64,000 nt of DNA from the NCBI GenBank assembly GCA_963804645.1, contig CAWDRG010000008.1:50253-114252 (forward strand). Reading direction: 5' to 3'. The notes beneath the pieces are model-generated. The model searched no databases and was not told the origin of the DNA. It saw only the letters and a list, made by a program, of their open reading frames with translations. Made by a program: the position numbers and the translations under genes. This stretch comes from an uncultured Bacillota bacterium (GTDB lineage Bacteria > Sysuimicrobiota > Sysuimicrobiia > Sysuimicrobiales > Segetimicrobiaceae). This document shows, piece by piece, positions 62,947 to 64,000 of the stretch; position 1 is the first letter of the stretch; every line of letters starts with the position of its first letter.

Positions 62947-62976
62947 ATTAAAGATAGGTTGTTTGCAACTTCGGAC

Positions 62977-62998
62977 AAATCGGGCGGCGGCCCGATTT
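62977..62998. terminator. Hairpin, possible terminator
   Basis: AAATCGGGC-GGCG-GCCCGATTT, perfect 9-bp stem. Confidence 0.5.
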
Positions 62999-63233
62999 CT
63001 ACTGCTTCGAGATAACCAATATCTGCTCGCCGCCAACAGGGCGGGGTTCCGTATCGTGGGATCCAGCATGCGCTGGATGTTGGGCGTCGGAGGTGATGCG
63101 AGATGCTGGAAATCGCGGCGGCCATTTCATCAAGCGTATCGCCGCCGCACGCAACGTGACGCTGGCGTGACAGTTAAGGGACCGGGTGCTCTGGACTCCG
63201 TGCAATCACTGACGTGTTCTGACGGGAAAGCGC

Positions 63234-63266
63234 GGGTTCAAGTCCCCCTCCCCGACCACTACGGCT
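63234..63266 (+). repeat. attR: duplicate of the tRNA-Pro 3' end
   Basis: GGGTTCAAGTCCCCCTCCCCGACCACTACGGCT; one C fewer and one substitution relative to 59757-59790. Confidence 0.9.
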
Positions 63267-63313
63267 TCTATCGGTCGATGCTGCTCACGACGGTCAGCAA
63301 ACGCTGCCTAACG

Positions 63314-63873
63314 TCAAATCGGGATGGCGGCGAGCTCCTCGCGAGTGAAGCGCCGTACATATGATGACACGACCTCAACGCGGGCGGCATGCCGTGTGAA
63401 GCACACGGCACAGGCATATTGCGAGGCCTGCGCCGAAGGAACGATGAGGACATCTACACCCGCGCGGCAGGCCGCGGTGCCGACCAGAATGGCGCGGGCA
63501 TACCCGGCCCCCTCATCCAGGAGATGGGAGATTGGCCACGGCAAGCGCGCAGCGACATCGTCCAACCGCACGACCTGTTGGCCGGTGATCCGCAGGTGTG
63601 CGACCCGAAAGGTCACTGGGTCGATGCCCGGTCGGAGGTGATCCGCCGCCTCAACGATGGCCACGGCATCCGTAGCCGCGGTATACAACGCTTGGGTTTC
63701 AGCCGGATGGTGCCAGCGTCCCGCGTAGCGTTGGCTACGGGCGCTGGAGATGGGATCCAAGGCTCCTCGACGCACCGCCACATCATCACCGTCAGGGCGG
63801 CGCGGGGCGCCGCGAGGAAAACATCCTGTAGCCCGCCGAGATAGCGCGGGGCGCGATCGAGGCGGATGTCCAC
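63314..63873 (-). pseudogene. RES-domain toxin-like gene with an apparent frameshift near 63760
   Basis: WRCV in the upstream frame; GRW...ALY...AIVE and LIVPS in the downstream frame. Confidence 0.72.
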
Positions 63874-64000
63874 TTATGTCAGGCTGTCACCGTTCGCGCG
63901 AAGCTGCTGGAGAAGTTGCGTGATTCCACCTCGACGGTGGACCAAGTCGATCGGGCTGCCCCGCGTCGCCGCGGCGTCGCAGCCCACTGTCGGAGGGATC
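63874..64000 (-). CDS. Partial gene, possibly the C-terminus of an Xre/MbcA/ParS-like antitoxin
   Basis: Ends ...RGSPIDLVHRRGGITQLLQQL...TAA directly before the RES GTG; truncated by the window edge. Confidence 0.4.
   Translation of the reverse strand, partial: IPPTVGCDAAATRGSPIDLVHRRGGITQLLQQLRANGDSLT

Larger units (their letters stand above)
59757..63266. mobile_element. Decayed integrative island at the tRNA-Pro 3' end
   Basis: The tRNA 3' end (59757-59790) is directly repeated at 63234-63266; integrase stub near attL; IS and TA-like cargo; visibly lower GC. Confidence 0.85.

Noticed and set aside
63234..63258. Second tRNA gene
   Set aside because: Only the T-loop side and acceptor 3' strand are present, with no D or anticodon arm; it is an att repeat.
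62867..63364. ORFs between ISL3 and RES (62867-63364 +, 62916-63125 -, 62999-63205 -)
   Set aside because: No recognisable motifs, and they cross the IS end, the arm-like site or attR; removing the IS did not restore a convincing gene.

Overview
High-GC bacterial chromosome segment, almost all on the minus strand. The backbone is a Firmicutes-like superoperon: smc-ftsY-ylxM-ffh-rpsP-khpA-ylqD-rimM-trmD-rplS-lepB-rnhB, then topA-hslVU-rpsB-tsf-pyrH-frr-uppS-cdsA-dxr-rseP-ispG. This order in such GC-rich DNA suggests an Armatimonadota/CSP1-3-like lineage (inference). Peptide/nickel-type ABC cassettes with catabolic enzymes interrupt the backbone, and none has an ATPase gene. Downstream lie an archaeal-type SAM synthetase and an ~11 kb FmdB-headed MoxR/DUF58/VWA membrane operon. 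The right end holds tRNA-Pro(CGG) and a decayed ~3.5 kb integrative island. The island has an att direct repeat, paired arm-type-like sites, a tyrosine-integrase stub, an intact DUF6516/HTH toxin-antitoxin-like pair, an IS481 fragment and a complete ISL3 with an 8-bp target duplication. A RES/Xre-like pair follows and may start a second, tandem island. Several genes, including uppS and topA, carry single-base frameshifts that are most likely sequencing errors. I see no clear-cut new system. The best leads are the tandem tRNA-Pro island architecture, a candidate leader-ORF/attenuator upstream of tandem solute-binding genes, the MoxR-VWA operon and a triplicated TopA N-terminus. All family calls come from motif recognition by eye, not from database searches.
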